From: an uncultured delta proteobacterium
GTDB lineage: Bacteria > Desulfobacterota > Syntrophia > Syntrophales > Smithellaceae
Direction: 5' to 3'
DNA: 64,000 bases
Assembly: GCA_963753975.1 (NCBI GenBank)
Contig: CAVWEH010000002.1
Coordinates: 96,001 to 160,000, forward strand
Shown here: positions 22,597-31,961 of the stretch, piece after piece
Numbering within the stretch: the first letter of the stretch is position 1
Layout of the letters: each line of letters begins with the position of its first letter
Made by a program: the position numbers and the translations under genes
Notes under the pieces: generated by a model
The model's input: only the letters and a program-made list of their open reading frames with translations
The model's database searches: none
What the model was told of the DNA's origin: nothing

Positions 22597-22962
22597 ATGA
22601 AAAAGGGTTTTATTTACACGCTAATGGCTACATTATTGGTTATTGTTTCTTCTCCCTTTGCTTTTGCGGCTGCTGAAGCAGCGAAAACGGCAACTGTCGA
22701 TTATACAAAAGCAATTATAGTTGGCTGCTCCCTGCTGGTTGCCGGTTTAGCCATAGCTTTTGGTACAATTGGTACAGGCTTGGGTATGGGCAACGGATTA
22801 AATGGCGCTACTAATGCTGTAGGGAGAAATCCGGAAGCGCAAGGCAAGGTACTTCTAACCATGATGGTTGGTCTGGCCATGATTGAATCATTGGCCATTT
22901 ACGCGCTGGTAGTTTCTTTAATCTTGCTTTACGCTAATCCACTTTTGAAGTATATTGGCTGA
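22597..22962 (+). CDS. atpE: F0 ATP synthase subunit c with N-terminal signal-like extension
   Basis: GxGxGxG helix, RNPE loop, IESLAIY. Confidence 0.96.
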   Translation: MKKGFIYTLMATLLVIVSSPFAFAAAEAAKTATVDYTKAIIVGCSLLVAGLAIAFGTIGTGLGMGNGLNGATNAVGRNPEAQGKVLLTMMVGLAMIESLAIYALVVSLILLYANPLLKYIG

Positions 22963-22985
22963 TAATTGGTGCTATCATAAAAATT

Positions 22986-23024
22986 AGGGAGGGGAAGCGT
23001 GCATCGACTTTCACTCCCTTTTTT
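22986..23024 (+). terminator. Probable intrinsic terminator of atpE
   Basis: AGGGAGGGGAAG...CTTTCACTCCCT followed by a T run. Confidence 0.6.
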
Positions 23025-23364
23025 AGTTAGACTCAAACAGGACAAGCGTAGCGCAGTCATGTTTGGTAGTCTAACTTATCCCCGAAGCGTAGCGTAGGGG
23101 GTTAATGACACCGTATTTAGGAGCAAAGTGCCGCATTATCTGCAAGTCGAATTGATCCCTCCATAGGCGGAGGGCATTGCAGATGCCCGTGGTAATGAGC
23201 CTCAAATTCCGAAAGCAGAGCGCATCGGAATTGGTAAGTTGAATTAATGACACTCGTTGAAAACGAACGAACCCCATTAGAAAGGCGCACTTTCTAACGG
23301 GGTGAAGTGAAGTTTGAAGCTTAAGTGAAATTATCCCGCAAACGAAGTGAAGCGGGAATAATGA
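23025..23364 (+). repeat. Compound array of modular palindromic repeats, copy B
   Basis: Successive hairpin units, several beginning TAATGA; segments match copies A/C and the 79-bp unit at 43309. Confidence 0.8.
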
Positions 23365-23407
23365 TATCGCATCAAAGAAACTAAAAAATTGCAACTGTCC
23401 TATTCAG

Positions 23408-23815
23408 TTAATCATCAGCAATAACTCTTCCGCGTAAAACCTTTTTTTCAGCTTGTTTATGCTTGGCGGTAAGAATTTTTTCTTTTGCGCGCTTCGTACG
23501 CTTCCTCTTTTGGCGGCGGATCTTTTCGATTTTATCTTTTTTCTCCGCGATAAAACCTCTTTGCATCAATTCAATTTTATCTAATAGTAAACGGCGAGCT
23601 AAATAGCGGTTTAATGTCTGTGATCGCTCCCGCTGACATTTAACTGAAAGACCGGTAGGAATGTGGACCAGGTAAACACAAGAGGAACTTTTATTGACTT
23701 TCTGTCCGCCCGGTCCGGAAGAACGGATAAAAGATTCTTCCAGGTCACTTTCCGTGATCCCCAGCTGCAGCATTCTTGCCGACAAGGCTTCTTCTTTTTC
23801 CCGGGAAACAGGCAT
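23408..23815 (-). CDS. ArfB/YaeJ-like peptidyl-tRNA hydrolase (release-factor-like)
   Basis: RSSGPGGQKVNK, RSQ..NR, basic C-terminal tail. Confidence 0.88.
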   Translation of the reverse strand: MPVSREKEEALSARMLQLGITESDLEESFIRSSGPGGQKVNKSSSCVYLVHIPTGLSVKCQRERSQTLNRYLARRLLLDKIELMQRGFIAEKKDKIEKIRRQKRKRTKRAKEKILTAKHKQAEKKVLRGRVIADD

Positions 23816-23829
23816 GATTGATTTAACGC

Positions 23830-24261
23830 TTACGGGATGGAATAAATTTCGTCGTAGATTAAACGAATCCAGTTTTGAGTGAGAATTTCTTTGGCTTCTT
23901 CCAGTTTATCAACGCCGATTATCAGGATAGTTTCTTTGCCGATGCGATTAATTGTAGTGTAAAGATAATGGATATTGATTTCCGCTTTGGCCAGGGGTTT
24001 CAAAATAGCATTCATGCCTCCCGCATGAAGGGGAACTTCCACGGCCAATACAGGTGTAACTTCGAAGTTGAAGCTGAAGCTTTTCAAAACCGCAGCGGCA
24101 CGATCCGGATCATTTACAACAAGCCGGACGGTACTATCGACGGCAGTGCTGGCCGCGGATACGGCCTTGGTGCTGATATCTTCGGAATCCAGAATATGAG
24201 TAAGTTTCGCAAAAGAACCGGGGACGTTGCCCAGAAGGACGGAAATTTGTTTTACGGCCAT
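23830..24261 (-). CDS. Tandem ACT domain protein
   Basis: QISVLL.N.PG, VRLVVND, NIHYLY. Confidence 0.85.
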   Translation of the reverse strand: MAVKQISVLLGNVPGSFAKLTHILDSEDISTKAVSAASTAVDSTVRLVVNDPDRAAAVLKSFSFNFEVTPVLAVEVPLHAGGMNAILKPLAKAEINIHYLYTTINRIGKETILIIGVDKLEEAKEILTQNWIRLIYDEIYSIP

Positions 24262-24272
24262 AGGTGAATCCT

Positions 24273-24815
24273 TTATTTGTCCTTAAGATAATCGAATCCG
24301 GCGGCAAAAGCTTTGCGGTTGACTTCCGCAGAGGCTTTCTTCTTGCTGCCCATGATTGCCTCCAAGTTTTTCAAGTACATCTCGGCAGAAACCAGATTTG
24401 TTTTCTTGATGAAGGTGCCCATCATGATGATGTTGGCGGCTCTACTATTGCCTATCTCTTGAGCAATATCAGCGCAGGGAATAGCGCAGACCTTAATATC
24501 CGACCGGTTGGGACGAACTTCGACGATAGAAGAATTTAAGAAGATCGTTCCGCCGGAAGTAATTTTATTTTGAAAAGTAAACAGGGAAGGTGAGTTCATC
24601 GCCACTAGGTAATCCGGCTCCGAAGCTACGGGAGAAGCAATTTCTTCGTCGGCTATGGCCACAGTGCAGTTGGCTGTTCCGCCTCTTACTTCCGCGCCGT
24701 AAGCGGGGAGATAAGTTACGTGATACCCGCTGTTCATTGCGCTATGAGCAAGACTTAAGCCCATCATCAAAACGCCCTGGCCGCCGAATCCCGAGAAAAT
24801 TGTTTTGACGATCAT
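24273..24815 (-). CDS. 2-oxoacid:ferredoxin oxidoreductase gamma subunit
   Basis: GFGGQG, YGAEVRGG. Confidence 0.93.
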   Translation of the reverse strand: MIVKTIFSGFGGQGVLMMGLSLAHSAMNSGYHVTYLPAYGAEVRGGTANCTVAIADEEIASPVASEPDYLVAMNSPSLFTFQNKITSGGTIFLNSSIVEVRPNRSDIKVCAIPCADIAQEIGNSRAANIIMMGTFIKKTNLVSAEMYLKNLEAIMGSKKKASAEVNRKAFAAGFDYLKDK

Positions 24816-25585
24816 TATACGGCCTCCGCAATTTTCTTTTTCGGAGTGATATTATCTTTGAAGACACCGAGAGGAAATTCCTTGCTCATCACCTCATCAA
24901 TCCACCTGCAGGCATCTATGGGCATCATTTTCCAGTTCGTCGGGCAGGGGGAGAGGATTTCCACCAGTGAAAATCCCAAGGAGTCAAGTTGGCACTGGAA
25001 GGCCTTTCTTATCGCTTTCCTTGTTTTGTTGATATTAGCCGGAGAAGTTAAAGTGCATCTTTCGACATAAGCTACACCTCTTAAAGGAGAGAAGAGTTCG
25101 CATACTTTAACGGGATAACCATCGAGCGTTTTCTGTCGCCCGGCAGGAGTGGTGGTTGTTCTTTGTTCCAGGATCGTTGTCGGAGCCATCTGTCCGCCGG
25201 TCATGCCGTAAACAGCGTTGTTGATAAAGATAATAGTGATATTTTCTCCCCGGTTGGCGGCGTGAAAACTCTCGGCGATGCCGATGGCGGCAAGGTCTCC
25301 ATCTCCCTGATAAGAAAATACAGCACGATCAGGCAAGATCCGTTTGATCCCCGTGGCCATTGCCGGACCTCTTCCGTGCGGCGCTTCGATCATATCGAAA
25401 TCAAAGTAATTATACGCCAAAACAGCGCAGCCTGCCGGAGGGACGCCAATGGTGATTCCTCTAATACTCAATTCATCAATCACTTCAGCTATAAGGCGAT
25501 GCGCAGTGCTGTGTCCGCATCCGGGACAGTAATGAAAAATATTTTCTTTTAAACTTTTTGGCCGGCCAAAAACTTTTTTTGCCAT
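24815..25585 (-). CDS. 2-oxoacid:ferredoxin oxidoreductase beta (TPP-binding) subunit
   Basis: YCPGCGH, GDGD..IG, YGMTGGQ, CPTNW. Confidence 0.93.
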   Translation of the reverse strand: MAKKVFGRPKSLKENIFHYCPGCGHSTAHRLIAEVIDELSIRGITIGVPPAGCAVLAYNYFDFDMIEAPHGRGPAMATGIKRILPDRAVFSYQGDGDLAAIGIAESFHAANRGENITIIFINNAVYGMTGGQMAPTTILEQRTTTTPAGRQKTLDGYPVKVCELFSPLRGVAYVERCTLTSPANINKTRKAIRKAFQCQLDSLGFSLVEILSPCPTNWKMMPIDACRWIDEVMSKEFPLGVFKDNITPKKKIAEAV

Positions 25586-25615
25586 ATTTCTTCTTGTCCT
25601 CAAGTTCGCTATATA

Positions 25616-26674
25616 TTAATCATTTTTGTCGTAGTTACGAGCAATAACATTGGCCAACTCTGACGGTGTCGGTACGGCGCCGCCCGGGCGGCCGTGAAAA
25701 TCAATATCAGCGTAGCCCTGCAGGGAAAGGCGAACGTCATCGAGCATTTGACCGGTATTCATTTCAAAAACGAGAAAGTTCTTAATTTTCGCCGATAAAG
25801 CGCGCAGATTCAATTCAGGAAAAGGCCAGAGAGTTATCGGGCGAAATAGCCCCACCTTCAGGCCGTTGTCGCGCAGGCGTTTAATGGCTCCCTTGGCAAT
25901 GCGGGCAGCCGTTCCATAGGCGACGATAACGAACCGGGCGTCTTCAATTTGATGCTCTTCATAGCGTATTTCGTTTTCGGTAATAATTTTATATTTGCGC
26001 GCCAATTTCCAATTGTGCTCTTCACAGTCGATGGGATCGAGAAGAAGGCCCCTGATGAATTTGCTTTTACCCGTGCCCGCGCCCTGCAGAATGAATTTTT
26101 CGCTGTATACACGAGCTTTTGGTTTTTTAAATACCACCGGCTCCATCATTTGGCCCATCATGCCGTCGGCAAGGATCATCACCGGCGAGCGGTATTTGTC
26201 GGCAAGATCGAAAGCATCCATCGTTAAATCGGACAACTCCTGGCAGGTGGCCGGAGCGAAAACAATCGTGCGGTAATCACCATGTCCGCCGCCGCGGGTA
26301 GCCTGAAAATAATCCCCCTGTGATGGACGAATATTTCCTAATCCGGGTCCGCCGCGCATAATATTGACGATAATGCCCGGAAGTTCGCAGGCGGCCATGG
26401 AAGAAATTCCTTCCTGCTTTAAAGAAATTCCCGGGCTGGATGAAGAAGTCATGACTCTCGCTCCGGCGGCGCTGGCGCCGGCAATCATATTAATTGCGGC
26501 AATTTCGCTTTCCGATTGAATAAAGACGCCTCCCGGAGTACTGCGCATGTGATCGGCCATATACTCGGTAAGTTCATTCTGGGGAGTGATCGGGTAACCG
26601 GCGTAAAACCGGCATCCGGCGCGAATTGCCGCCTCTCCGATGATATTATTCCCGGACATTAATACTTTATTCAC
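25616..26674 (-). CDS. 2-oxoacid:ferredoxin oxidoreductase alpha subunit (VorB-like)
   Basis: GYPITPQ, ESEIAA, SSSPG, RGGPGLG. Confidence 0.93.
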   Translation of the reverse strand: MNKVLMSGNNIIGEAAIRAGCRFYAGYPITPQNELTEYMADHMRSTPGGVFIQSESEIAAINMIAGASAAGARVMTSSSSPGISLKQEGISSMAACELPGIIVNIMRGGPGLGNIRPSQGDYFQATRGGGHGDYRTIVFAPATCQELSDLTMDAFDLADKYRSPVMILADGMMGQMMEPVVFKKPKARVYSEKFILQGAGTGKSKFIRGLLLDPIDCEEHNWKLARKYKIITENEIRYEEHQIEDARFVIVAYGTAARIAKGAIKRLRDNGLKVGLFRPITLWPFPELNLRALSAKIKNFLVFEMNTGQMLDDVRLSLQGYADIDFHGRPGGAVPTPSELANVIARNYDKND

Positions 26675-26876
26675 GATAAACCTCGATGGCTACTTCCGGA
26701 CACATTATGGCGCATAAAGCGCAGCCGGTGCATTCTTTTTCATTGTTCACACACACAGGATGGTAGCCGCGGGAGTTGTATTCTTTGGTTGAGGTAATAT
26801 GGCCTTGAGGACAGAAATGAATACAGAGGTGACATTCCTTGCAATGTTCTTTATCAATTTTTATGTATCCTTTCAA
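26667..26876 (-). CDS. 2x[4Fe-4S] delta subunit
   Basis: CxxCxxCxxxCP twice; TTG start. Confidence 0.92.
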   Translation of the reverse strand: MKGYIKIDKEHCKECHLCIHFCPQGHITSTKEYNSRGYHPVCVNNEKECTGCALCAIMCPEVAIEVYRE

Positions 26877-27001
26877 AATTCAATCCCCAGAAAAGTTTTA
26901 TGTTGGTATTATAATACTAGCCGAGCCAAGCTATGTTGCGCATAATGGCTGGAAAGTCAAGTATTTTCATGCAACTATTCGAGAAAAATACAATAAATGG
27001 A

Positions 27002-27505
27002 TTAAAGTTTGCTGATTTGATATCCCTCCAATTTCATGGCAACCGAGCGCTGCAAAAGTTCCAGGGTAATTACGAAAAGCTCCTTTTTGAAATCGCTTTT
27101 TACTACGGTACCTTCCAATCCGGCAAACGGTCCGTCGATAATGCGCGCAGGTTCACCCACTTTGGGAAATTTTATGGTAAAAACTTCCGCTTTTGTTTCT
27201 ATCAGGTGCCGGATGGCATTAATTTTATCTTCCGGTACGGCTATAGGTTCGGAATTTTCTTTTTTACCTAAAATACTTACTACACCGGATGTTTTTAAAA
27301 CAGCCAGTTTTGTTTCATTGTCCAAACAAAGAGTTTCTATAAAAAGGTATCCGGGGAAAAGGGGAATAAAAATTTTTTTCTTCCGGTCTTTGCGTTTGCT
27401 CCATACTTCCGTCTGAGGCAGAAAAGTCGTAATGTTTTTTTGGGCAAGGGCAAAGCTTGCTTTATATTCATGGCGGCTTTTTGTGTGTACGGCATACCAA
27501 GGCAT
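27002..27505 (-). CDS. NusG paralog (UpxY/RfaH/LoaP-like antiterminator)
   Basis: WYAVHT, PLFPGYLF, KOW motif I.DGPFAGLEG. Confidence 0.88.
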   Translation of the reverse strand: MPWYAVHTKSRHEYKASFALAQKNITTFLPQTEVWSKRKDRKKKIFIPLFPGYLFIETLCLDNETKLAVLKTSGVVSILGKKENSEPIAVPEDKINAIRHLIETKAEVFTIKFPKVGEPARIIDGPFAGLEGTVVKSDFKKELFVITLELLQRSVAMKLEGYQISKL

Positions 27506-27544
27506 TGATAATATCCGCTAATTCCAATAATATTTTAAAATAGC

Positions 27545-27710
27545 TTTTTATTTGTGAAGCACCAATTCCGAAAGCGAAGCGCATAACCTAAAGGTTACAC
27601 GTCGGAATTGGTAAGTTGAACAATCCCGCGAAGCGGAGGGTATAATACAATACCCCACAGCTTGCTGCGGAATCGTTTCCAAAGCTTGCTTTGGGGTTCA
27701 TGCCCGTGAT
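27545..27710 (+). repeat. Modular palindromic repeat, copy C (copy A plus two inserted modules)
   Basis: Direct alignment to 7307-7401 with extra TAACCTAAAGGTTAC and CACAGCTTGCTGCGG...CCAAAGCTTGCTTTGGGGTTC segments. Confidence 0.85.
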
Positions 27711-27719
27711 CCTTCCAAG

Positions 27720-28805
27720 TTATAAAAAGCGGCTATCGATAATGATGTCCTCTCCACTTCTGATAATTTTGCGAATAGATAAAAATTTTGCCGACTCTAG
27801 TTCCTTAATATTTAAATCTCCTACTGCCTCTATTCCTTTTCCTAAAATTTTTGGCGCGATCACCGTCACCAAGCGGTCAGCTAGGTTATCTCTTAAGACA
27901 GAAGTAATGATTTGAGCTCCGCCTTCTATTAACACCGACGATATTTCCCTTGCCGCAAGTTTTTTTAATAGCTTTTTCAAGTCAACTTTTCCCTCCTTGT
28001 CGGCAGCGACGGTAATTATTTGGGCGCCTGTCGCCGCAATAATTTCGTATTTACGATCGTCCGAATTCTTAATTGTAGCAATAATTGTTTTTGCTTTGAC
28101 GATGTTTTTCAGGACTTTTGCTTGATTACCAATCTGCAACTGCGAATCGACGATAATCCTCAGCGGGTTACGGCCGCGAACTAGTCGCACTGTGAGCTCA
28201 GGGTTATCTTTTTTTACGGTTCCCGCTCCGACCAATACGGCGTCATGTTCGGCGCGGAGTTTGTGAGCATATTTCATGGAAGCCTCAGAGCTTATCCATT
28301 GCGATTGGCCTTTCACTGTTGCTATGCGGCCATCAAGGGTTTGGGCGTATTTAATGGTTACAAAGGGCAACCCGGTTTCCATAAAATGGAAAAAAACTTC
28401 ATTGAGATTGCGGCATTCATTTTCCAGAACCCCGGTTTTTACTTCGATACCTAGGTTTTGCAAATAATTAATACCTTGACAGGAAATCAGGGGATTGGAA
28501 TCTATTGTCCCGATAACTACACGGGCTATATTTTTTTTAGCGATAATCTCCACGCAGGGCGGCGTTTTTCCTTCGTGGCAGCATGGTTCCAATGTAACAT
28601 AAAGAGTTGATCCGGCAATATCGGCGGTTGCGTTTGTGATCGCGTTTACTTCGGCGTGACTCTCGCCGTAGCGCCGATGATAACCGCGGCCGATGATTTT
28701 CCCCTTTTTGACAATCACGGCGCCGACCATAGGATTAGGACTAACCTTGCCCCTGCCTTTGGCGGCAAGCTGCAGAGCTAAATTCATATAGTATTCGTCA
28801 TTCAT
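27720..28805 (-). CDS. ribD: Riboflavin biosynthesis deaminase/reductase
   Basis: PNPMVG, HAE, LEPCCH, PPC, TLDGRIA, EGG. Confidence 0.97.
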   Translation of the reverse strand: MNDEYYMNLALQLAAKGRGKVSPNPMVGAVIVKKGKIIGRGYHRRYGESHAEVNAITNATADIAGSTLYVTLEPCCHEGKTPPCVEIIAKKNIARVVIGTIDSNPLISCQGINYLQNLGIEVKTGVLENECRNLNEVFFHFMETGLPFVTIKYAQTLDGRIATVKGQSQWISSEASMKYAHKLRAEHDAVLVGAGTVKKDNPELTVRLVRGRNPLRIIVDSQLQIGNQAKVLKNIVKAKTIIATIKNSDDRKYEIIAATGAQIITVAADKEGKVDLKKLLKKLAAREISSVLIEGGAQIITSVLRDNLADRLVTVIAPKILGKGIEAVGDLNIKELESAKFLSIRKIIRSGEDIIIDSRFL

Positions 28806-28925
28806 GGTTATAATTACCTCATTGTTAGATCATATGCAAAGAAATTTATTGTCGACAGGTCGCGAGATGTGGTATGAAAAAACAATTTCCAAATGTTTAA
28901 ACTAAAAGCAATTTAAGGAGCGGCC

Positions 28926-29654
28926 ATGAAAGGCGTTGTTCTTGCCGGTGGACTGGGCAGCCGGCTTTACCCCCTGACCAAAGTAACCAATAAGCACTTG
29001 CTTCCCGTTTATAATGAACCGATGATTTATTATCCCATCAGGATTTTAGTAAATGCCGGCATCAGCGAAATATTAATTGTAACCGGCGGCAATAATGCCG
29101 GTGATTTTTTGCGTCTTTTGGAAAACGGCAAAGACTTCGGACTAAAGCATATTAATTATACCTATCAGCAGGGAGAAGGCGGGATTGCCGCAGCTCTTGG
29201 TCTGGCGGAACATTTTGCGGATAGGGATAAAATAGCAGTGGTTTTGGGCGATAATATTATCGAGGGAAATATCAAGACAGCCGCGGAAAAGTTCCGCCAG
29301 CAAAAAGAAGGAGCCCGCATTTTATTGAAAGAAGTGCCCGATCCGCAAAGATTCGGCGTGCCGGTATTCGACGGCAAAAAAATTGTTCGCGTAGAAGAAA
29401 AACCGTCAAAGCCGACATCGAACTATGCCGTTATCGGAATATATATGTATGACTACAGGGTTTTTGAATTTATCAAGTCGCTAAAACCATCCCAGCGGGG
29501 CGAACTGGAAATTACCGATGTAAATAATTTTTATATTTCCGCAGGGAAGATGCAGTGGGATGTACTGGAAGGCTGGTGGTCTGATGCCGGAACTTTTGAA
29601 TCCCTGCAGATGGCTGGACAATTGGTGGCTAGAACAGGAGCAAATAAAATATGA
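28926..29654 (+). CDS. Glucose-1-phosphate thymidylyltransferase (RmlA-like)
   Basis: LAGG.GSRL, KHLLPV, EKP, RGELEITD. Confidence 0.88.
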   Translation: MKGVVLAGGLGSRLYPLTKVTNKHLLPVYNEPMIYYPIRILVNAGISEILIVTGGNNAGDFLRLLENGKDFGLKHINYTYQQGEGGIAAALGLAEHFADRDKIAVVLGDNIIEGNIKTAAEKFRQQKEGARILLKEVPDPQRFGVPVFDGKKIVRVEEKPSKPTSNYAVIGIYMYDYRVFEFIKSLKPSQRGELEITDVNNFYISAGKMQWDVLEGWWSDAGTFESLQMAGQLVARTGANKI

Positions 29655-30106
29655 TCAACGGTGTGATGGTGAAAAAACTCAAAATTATTCCTGATGAACG
29701 GGGAAGGCTGATGGAGATACTTCGTGCCGATGACGAAGTTTTCCGGAAATTCGGCCAGGTCTATATGACCACCGCCTATCCGGGAGTTGTTAAAGCCTGG
29801 CATTATCATAAGAAGCAGGATGATAACATGGCGGTAGTCAGAGGAATGATGAAAATAGTTCTCTACGACAGCCGCAGCCAATCGGCTACTTTTGGCCAAA
29901 TCAATGAAATATTCGCCGGGCTTCATAATCCCGTTTTGGTGCATATACCTCATCTTATTTATCACGGTTTTAAATGCATTTCGGAAGAGGAAGCGATTGT
30001 AATAAATGTACCGTCGGATGTTTATAAATACGATGAACCGGATGAATTTCGCCTCCCCGCTCACGGCGGAGAAATACCCTACGCTTGGGAGAGAAAGGAC
30101 GGCTAA
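29651..30106 (+). CDS. dTDP-4-dehydrorhamnose 3,5-epimerase family
   Basis: DERG, KAWHYH, YHGF; overlaps the rmlA-like gene. Confidence 0.88.
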   Translation: MINGVMVKKLKIIPDERGRLMEILRADDEVFRKFGQVYMTTAYPGVVKAWHYHKKQDDNMAVVRGMMKIVLYDSRSQSATFGQINEIFAGLHNPVLVHIPHLIYHGFKCISEEEAIVINVPSDVYKYDEPDEFRLPAHGGEIPYAWERKDG

Positions 30107-30248
30107 ATTCAACTATTTGTAAAATCAACATTAGCGATAGGGGTTATATTTCTTTGATTTATCGGTGAAAGCACTGCTTGTTCGATGACTATTTTGTAAA
30201 ATAGCTGATATCATTCATTTAATGACAGAATGGTTTTGCAAATTATCC

Positions 30249-30276
30249 TTGACTTTGATTAATAATATTATATAAT
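30249..30276 (+). promoter_or_regulatory. Putative sigma70 promoter upstream of the riboswitch
   Basis: TTGACT-N16-TATAAT. Confidence 0.55.
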
Positions 30277-30284
30277 TTAGGCGT

Positions 30285-30384
30285 AATTCTGGAAAGGGCA
30301 AACCGTTTGAAAAGACGGGACGCAAAGTTACTGACCTAAGTCTTGTAATTTTATAGGGATAGGGTGGCAGAACTGCCGGGTAAC
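30285..30384 (+). ncRNA. c-di-GMP-I (GEMM-I) riboswitch
   Basis: GGGCAAACC-GTTT-GAAA-AGAC-GGGACGCAAAG...CCTAA...GGCAG...TGCC matches the class consensus; upstream of pilD. Confidence 0.92.
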
Positions 30385-30466
30385 TTCCACGGAAGTACAG
30401 CAATTCTATCATTCCCATCCCAGTTACATTACTGAACTGATTAAAATTGGATCGAAAGTAAATTAA

Positions 30467-31228
30467 ATGCTTTTAAATTTATTTGCTTTTATTTTTGGAG
30501 CCGCAGTCGGCAGTTTTTTAAACGTTTGTATTTTTCGCCTGCCGGCGCAGGAATCGATTATAAAACCGCTGTCGCGTTGTCCGCATTGTCAACATCCCAT
30601 TCGCTTTTTTGATAATATTCCGCTCGTCAGCTTCATTATATTAAAGGGAAAATGCCGCGACTGCGGGGCAAAAATTTCCTGGCGTTATCCGTTGGTGGAA
30701 TTAATCACCGCAGTGCTTTCGCTGTTGCTGTTTTTAAAATTTGGGCTAACCTTAAGATTTTTGATCTTGTTTATTTTTACCGCGGTATTAATAGTGATCG
30801 CATTTATTGATTTGGACAATCAAATTATTCCCGATGTTTTGACCTTGCCGGGAATACCTGTATTCTTCCTTTTGGCTGTCTTTGTCTTGAAAGTTGACTG
30901 GCTGGAAGCTTTAATCGGCCTTGCCGTCGGCGGCGGGGTGCTTTTTGCCATCGCCTTTTTTTATGAACTTATATCCAAAAGGGAAGGAATGGGCGGGGGA
31001 GATATTAAACTTTTGGCAATGATCGGCGGATTTTTCGGATGGAAATCACTGATATTTATACTTTTGTTTAGTTCTTTTTTCGGGGCAATAGTTGGTATTA
31101 CGGCTATGATTATTAAAAAGCAGGATATGAAGTACGCGGTGCCCTTTGGACCGTTCTTGTCGGCGGCGGCAGTTGCCTATATTTTTTGGGGTGATTGTTT
31201 CCTGCGCTTATTATTAATGCCATATTGA
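30467..31228 (+). CDS. pilD: Prepilin peptidase
   Basis: GSFLNV, CxxC pairs, MGGGDIKL, PFGPFL. Confidence 0.96.
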   Translation: MLLNLFAFIFGAAVGSFLNVCIFRLPAQESIIKPLSRCPHCQHPIRFFDNIPLVSFIILKGKCRDCGAKISWRYPLVELITAVLSLLLFLKFGLTLRFLILFIFTAVLIVIAFIDLDNQIIPDVLTLPGIPVFFLLAVFVLKVDWLEALIGLAVGGGVLFAIAFFYELISKREGMGGGDIKLLAMIGGFFGWKSLIFILLFSSFFGAIVGITAMIIKKQDMKYAVPFGPFLSAAAVAYIFWGDCFLRLLLMPY

Positions 31229-31397
31229 GAAAGGGTGCGTGAAAATCACGGCAAATATGTTTAAATTAGCAGATGACAAATAAAAAATAAGCAAAGGAAT
31301 AAATTGACAAAAAATATTTTCAAGCATAAGGTATTGTTATTAAAGGATGATCGGCAAATTTGAGAATGAAAAAGATAGTTTCAGATTCGCTGAAAGG

Positions 31398-31414
31398 TTG
31401 GCATATGACTTGCG
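31398..31414 (+). promoter_or_regulatory. Putative sigma54 (-24/-12) promoter of the minor pilin operon
   Basis: TTGGCATATGACTTGCG gives GG-N10-GC spacing. Confidence 0.75.
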
Positions 31415-31454
31415 ATCTTTATTAAAGAATTAAGGCATTATTTTAGAAATACCG

Positions 31455-31961
31455 ATGGGAGTATGTCGGATTGTGAAAGTGAAAAGGACAAGCGGGTTTA
31501 GCTTAATTGAGATGCTGACAGTTATTGCTATTTTGACAATTATATTGGCAATTGCAATGCCTAATTTTAACCACTATATTCACAATACGAATCTTAAAAC
31601 AGCAGGAAGAGATTTGGCCGGAGATATTTTCAACACTAAACAAACTGCAGCAGCTCAAGGTGTTCACTATAAAATAATATTCGATACGGGTGCAAATAAT
31701 TATCGCATGATAAAAGGTGGCCTCAATGATGCTGACGCGTATGATGAAGCAACAGCAGTAACAAAAAGTCTGGGTTCTATTGCCGGCTATATTACAATTG
31801 ACAGTACAACCTATACACCAGATGATAATCCTCAGATAGTGTTTCAACCGCGAGGCACAACTTCCGCCGGTTCGATTACATTGAAAAACGATATAGGTTC
31901 AACAATAGGAATTACAACTTCTGTAATGGGGAAGGTTAGTGTTGACTATACTTTGCTGTAA
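31455..31961 (+). CDS. FimT/FimU/GspH-like minor pilin
   Basis: GFSLIE prepilin motif, F.PRGT. Confidence 0.88.
   Translation: MGVCRIVKVKRTSGFSLIEMLTVIAILTIILAIAMPNFNHYIHNTNLKTAGRDLAGDIFNTKQTAAAQGVHYKIIFDTGANNYRMIKGGLNDADAYDEATAVTKSLGSIAGYITIDSTTYTPDDNPQIVFQPRGTTSAGSITLKNDIGSTIGITTSVMGKVSVDYTLL

Noticed and set aside
22597..22690. Extra N-terminal helix on subunit c as a novelty
   Set aside because: Signal-like extensions on c subunits are already known in deltaproteobacteria
23071..23394. 107-aa minus-strand ORF
   Set aside because: Lies entirely in the repeat array; no RBS or protein features
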